From the NCBI GenBank assembly GCA_033442325.1, contig JAWQFM010000022.1, positions 248,001 through 312,000 on the forward strand: a stretch of DNA of 64,000 nt. The letters are read 5' to 3'. Below the pieces are notes generated by a model. The model did not search any database. It saw only the letters and a list, made by a program, of their open reading frames with translations, and was not told the origin of the DNA. The translations under genes and the position numbers were made by a program. Positions 59,316 through 64,000 of this stretch are shown here, piece by piece. Source of the stretch: Salpingoeca rosetta (Eukaryota > Protista > Choanoflagellata). Each line of letters opens with the position of its first letter. Position 1 is the first letter of the stretch.

Positions 59316-60423
59316 GTTGTGTGTGTGTGTGCGTGTGTTGTGTATGCGTGCGGATGGGTTGTGCAGCTGCTGCCACTGCTGCGGCGACTGCCACTGCTGC
59401 TGCTTTGGTTGTTGATACATTCTCATTTCCTTGCTTTTCTCAACCCCCTTCTTGGTTCTCGTGTATTCCCATGTCCATGTGCCCCTGCCCGCCTCTGTGC
59501 CTACATCACAGCTGCTGCATCAGGCAGGGGGTCGCACGGCCCAGGAACGTGATCCGTTGAACCCCTTCGGCCATCGCCTCGCTCGCGTCGCCATCACGTG
59601 GGACGAGCAGAAGCTTGCTGCGTTCAACAGTGCCATCCACCGCAACGATTGCCGCTACCGCGGGCACCTGTCCAACATGAGCCATGCGTTTGCACCCCGC
59701 TATGCCTTCGATCCAAACACGAAACACGTGCTCGACGACGAAGAACGGGCTGTGCTGCACCGCGTGACCATGCCGGGCGTCTACAGCATGCTTGAGCCCC
59801 ACCGCGCACAGCGCAGTCCTTTCCTGCGCATTCAGCGTGTGTTCCACGGCGTGAGGGACCTGGGTGCCATCACGGGCATCCTAGGCGGTGACTTTGCGCG
59901 TTTGCAGAAGACAGATCCTGGCTGGTTTGGCGCAGGCGTGTATTTCACGCCAGACCTCGACTATGCACTCGCGTACACGCAAGCGTGCTCGTTGACGGGC
60001 AACAACAGCGGCGTGTCCGACAAAGACGAGCCTGGCCTGTCCAATTTTGTTGCCGGCCTCAAATTGGCGCCTGACAAGCTGCACCGTGTTGTGCTGGCAT
60101 GCGACGTGCAGTATGGCAACCCGTACCCAGTCACCCACGACTCGTTCCACCCAGCCGTTGAGGCGACCGCGTTTCCGACGCCACCAGCAACCCCGACGTC
60201 TCGGGAGGAGCAGCCGCCGCCGTGGAAGTCGTTTGGCGGCCGCCCGCTCATTGGCGGCCACGACGCACACGTGGCCGTGGTCAACTTTTCCAGCGGTGAT
60301 GTCGAGCACGCGACGCCGTTCCTGAGCCACGCCGAGTGGGGCAAGGGGGCTGCGGTGTCGGAGATTGTCGTTGATGAACCGCAGTGCATGCTTGTTCGAG
60401 CCATTCTGGTGTTTGAGGCGTGA
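54805..60423 (+). CDS. Cytosolic RI-type LRR + Pro-rich/coiled-coil + TKL kinase + PARP-like ADP-ribosyltransferase fusion, about 1052 aa, 10 exons
   Basis: Exons 54805-54947, 55403-55486, 55749-55832, 56117-56200, 56358-56438, 56703-56780, 57047-57516, 57707-57739, 58018-59207 and 59512-60423 are phase-consistent. LRRs include 'LGEHGSQLLADALQNNTSLECL' and 'NDIRDEGVDYLARHLKQNKRLKHL'. Kinase motifs: VALK, HRDIKSPN, DFG, GTPTWASPE. ART motifs: 'RVFHG', 'TDPGWFGAGVYFT..YALAY', 'SEIVV'. Confidence 0.85.
55074..55173. other. Assembly gap (100 N) inside a (TG)n intronic tract
   Basis: Run of N flanked by GT repeats in intron 1 of the LRR-kinase-PARP gene. Confidence 0.99.
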
Positions 60424-61144
60424 GAAGTTGAGAGGTTTTGGGATCAAGGTTGAAAAGTGCGGAATGAGAGAGAGAGAGCGCGCGCGCGTGCGCTGGAGAG
60501 GCGTGTTGTTACACCTTTGCGTTTGAGGGATGCGGCGTTACACCGCAAGTGATGTCACATGCCACTTGACTATACCGTTTGCTTTGCGGGCCATGCCATG
60601 TTTGACACCACTGTTTTCATGTTTCTGAGTAGTAAGCGGGTTGCTTCCTGAAACACGTCACCTGACTCGCTGAAATGAAAGACGCGCAAATGGCAATGGC
60701 AGTGCAACGCATGACACATGACGCATGGCACGTGACAATCTGAGCAATGACATGACACGACACTTGTGGCCCTTTTGGGCGATGGGAGGGCGTGTCGCAA
60801 ATTTGCGACAATGAATTTTGTCACGTCTTGCACAGTCATCAAGGTTGAATTTGTGCACAGTCACGAAGTGAACAGTCACGCGTGTGAATAATCTCCAAAT
60901 CGATGCACGCACCGTCGCAGGTGTCATTTTCACAAGCGCCAGTCAGTTCCAACCAGACACGGAATTAATCTCTTGTTCGTGGGAGAAACACCCCAGAGTG
61001 CTTGCAGTTATTACCGTGTGAGCAGGATACTTGGATACCAGTGTGCCTTTGTCTTTGTTTCGCAAGTACTGGCATCTCGAACGCGGTCCAGAGTACTTTG
61101 AGCGAAAGGACTGAAGCGTCACTCACAACGGAAGCAGCGGCATC

Positions 61145-61760
61145 ATGAGTGGTACCTACTATGGTCTCTGTACGATCCCCACCTTCGATTGTCAAGAGGA
61201 TCTTGGGGTGACGATCAAGAACACCAGGACCCAGGAACGCATCCAAACGGACACGCTGCACGTTTCCTGCAAGTCTGACAAGTTTGACGCGCACAAGAAC
61301 ATGGCTGGGATGGTCATCTGGCAATACGGCGGCAAGACGGATTGGCGCCTGAACGGCGTCCACTGCAAGAGCGGCTACATCTACGTCCGCCACACGGAGA
61401 ACATCCAATCAATCAAGAGCTCGCAGGGACAGGTGCATGGCAAGCTGTTCAAGGCGCTCTTTGGCGTGGAGCCGGGAGAGGACGTTGTTGGGACGGGCTT
61501 TGCCTACGTGAAGGGGAAATGGAAGTTCAACTCGTTCACCTTCAACGCATCATCCAGCGACGGCTGGCATGACACCAAGAAGAGAAGAAGGGTGCAAGCG
61601 ACGAGGAGCGTCGCGTCATTCGGGCTGCACTGGACCACTGGATCGCAACAGGTCGTCAAACCTTTGTTGTTGGGAGCGGAAGTACAACGACAGGGACAAG
61701 CAGCTCGTGCCATTGCCCTTCGCCCTGCGCGCCTCATCCTGCACCATTTGCCTTCTGTGA
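61145..61760 (+). pseudogene. Intronless gene of unknown family with two apparent frameshifts
   Basis: Strong GC3 coding signal from ATG 61145 to 'GWHDTKK'. Protein-like sequence then continues in a second frame ('GASDEERRVIRAALDHWIATGRQTF') after an 8-nt insert at 61583-61590, and in a third frame ('ERKYNDRDKQLVPLPFALRASSCTICLL*') after about 61670. Confidence 0.6.
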
Positions 61761-62121
61761 GACCGATCTTGTCCATCGCCCAAAGCACTGGCGCACGCTG
61801 TTTGGTTGAGCGCACGTGTTGTCAATTCCACGAGGGCACAAGCAAGCAACGGCACTAGTCACTGCCAATCCGCGCTGTACTTCTGAACAGAACGTGTGCC
61901 GTGCGAGCCTTCTTCTTCCCTTCCTACATCAAATGCGACCACTTCACCCCTGTCGTTGCCTTCTCCCTTGCTATGCTCCTAACGTGCTCCATGCTGTGGG
62001 TTTGTTTACTTTCGTCTTTGACATCAACACGTATCCATTACACAAGTCATCAACAAGAGGAAACGCAACTCAAGCGCATCAATCCTGTGACAGAACCCCA
62101 CACAACCTCCTTCCCTTCATC

Positions 62122-62180
<59 letters not shown>

Positions 62181-62229
62181 CGCACAGTGCTTCATGGGAC
62201 GGCTTGCCTAGTTGCATTGTGCTGGGGAC

Positions 62230-62946
62230 TCATTGGATCTGGGAGTACTCATACACGGTTCCCTTATCGAAGGAGAGTCTCCTGTACTTCTCATCGAAGA
62301 GGAGCATGAGGAGGAAGGCGACGAGGCAGCTGCCGCCGAGCGTCCAGTTCACCCACGTGTTGCCAAGCCCAGGGATGGATGGCATGATGAGGAAGATGAG
62401 GCAGCCCACATTGTTGAGCGTCGTAATCACCGTCGTCGTCGTTCCCTCGTCAATGGGATACGTGGCCTGAATGAGTGCGAGTGAGTGAATGGGTGGGTGT
62501 AAGTGATGTCATGTGACATGATGTGATATGACGTGATGTGTGAGGTGCGCACACGTGCTGGTGAGTGCACACGTACATGCGGGCACACACGTGTATGCTC
62601 AAAGGCGAGGAAGCGAGTACCCCGCCCCCCCCCAAAAAAAAAGTTCTGTCCCAAGTTGCACACGGTGTGCACCACCACGTTCACACGAACCTCGACTGCA
62701 GCCTCGAAGAACAGGGGCATGCTGGCGTTGATGAGCGTTCCCGTGACAATCCCAGAGATGTACACCATCATGGTGGTGTTTGGAATCACATCCAAACACA
62801 CGAGCGAAAACCACACGCCGGCACCGGCCGCACCCAAGCACAGAACCTGCAGAGAGAGAGAGAGTGTGTGTGTGTATTGTGTGTGTGTGTGTGTGTTAAA
62901 TGTTTGTATGTGTGCGTGTGTTGAACGTGTGCGCGTATGTGAATGC

Positions 62947-63016
<70 letters not shown>

Positions 63017-63856
63017 CCGCCTGGGCGTTCAAGAAGGCAAGCAAGGCATCGCACAGCACCACGGGCGACATGATCGCAGTGTCGTGGCACCACGGCACCA
63101 CGCCACACAGTATCACACAACAGGACATACTGCAAAACGGACCAGGATGATGGTCTTCATGCGTCCACCGAGAGAGTCTGCAACTTTGGCGACGATGATG
63201 GCAACAACACATCCAACCATGGTGGAGTAGAACCCGAGCCACCCGCTCTCGTCTTGCGCCCGATTCTCAGGCAAAAAGTTCTCCAGATTGGGTAGCAGGT
63301 ACGCACTCCACCCGGTAAACACGCCTGGTGGTTTGGCGTGTATGTGTTGCGTGAGAGAGAGTGAGAGACAGAGAGAGAGAGAGAGAGAGTGTGTGTGTGT
63401 GTGAGTGAGTGTGTACATGCAGTACTTCACAGGAAGCACAGCAAAAACGTGAGCAGCAGCAGCGGCAGCAGTCTCCCAGCTGCCACACACGTGCCTTAAC
63501 TCTCACACTTCGCACAACCCAACACCACCAACGTCAACGATGACATGAATCCCCAACCCGCACGTTCCCCCATTGTCTATCCTATTTCGCCCCTGACCAT
63601 CTCACCGGTCATGACGCCGTACGCGGCGCCGACGGACCAGAACGACTTTGAGCGGAGGATCTGCAGCAGTCCGCTGATGAAGGACACGCGCTTTGTGCTG
63701 GCAGACAGCGTGGGCGGTGTTGGCGGCTTGTTGGGGAAGTAGATGAGCACGCACAGAAGGCACACCGTGCACCACAGCGCCTCGCCCCACATGTACCACA
63801 TAAACTGCAGGATGGTGTGTGTGTGCGTGTGTGCGTGTGCGTGTGCGCGTACGTGC

Positions 63857-63932
<76 letters not shown>

Positions 63933-64000
63933 TTGGTAAGCAGACGCGAAAGCAACCATTTACATGCGAGTGGGAGCGTGTGTGAGGACACACGAGGGGA
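62230..64000 (-). CDS. SLC49A4: MFS transporter, SLC49A4/DIRC2 (FLVCR family)-like, 3' part; 5' end lies beyond the window
   Basis: 'LIYFPNKPPTPPTLSA', 'AYGVMT|GVFTGWS', 'GWLGF', 'PLFFEAAVE|ATYPIDEG', 'WVNW' and 'Y.RL..D' match SLC49A4 motifs as recalled. Stop at 62230. Confidence 0.85.

Overview
Intron-rich, GC-rich eukaryotic genomic DNA with GT-AG introns full of (TG)n/(CA)n/(GA)n microsatellites. Composition and gene content strongly suggest a choanoflagellate such as Salpingoeca rosetta (inference). Most ORFs in the supplied track are microsatellite artefacts (CVCV/HTHT), so I assembled genes by hand from splice sites and reading phase. There are about 15 genes, ten of them in five head-to-head pairs. 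In order: a PH-PX-coiled-coil protein; a bacterial-type maltodextrin glucosidase MalZ (probable horizontal transfer, now with introns); a hypothetical protein; BTAF1/Mot1; Yos1/IER3IP1; SMYD5; an EF-hand-metaxin fusion; a FANCC-like protein; a RING/B-box/coiled-coil (TRIM-like) protein; a D-serine dehydratase-family enzyme; an LRR receptor TKL kinase; a GTSE1-like protein; a cytosolic LRR-coiled-coil-kinase-PARP-like fusion; a frameshifted intronless gene of unknown, possibly toxin-like, family; and the 3' part of an SLC49A4/DIRC2-like MFS transporter. There is one 100-N assembly gap. The best candidates for undescribed biology are the LRR-kinase-ADP-ribosyltransferase fusion, the Ca2+-sensing metaxin, and the putative pre-animal FANCC and GTSE1 homologs. 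Family assignments come from recalled motifs, not database searches.
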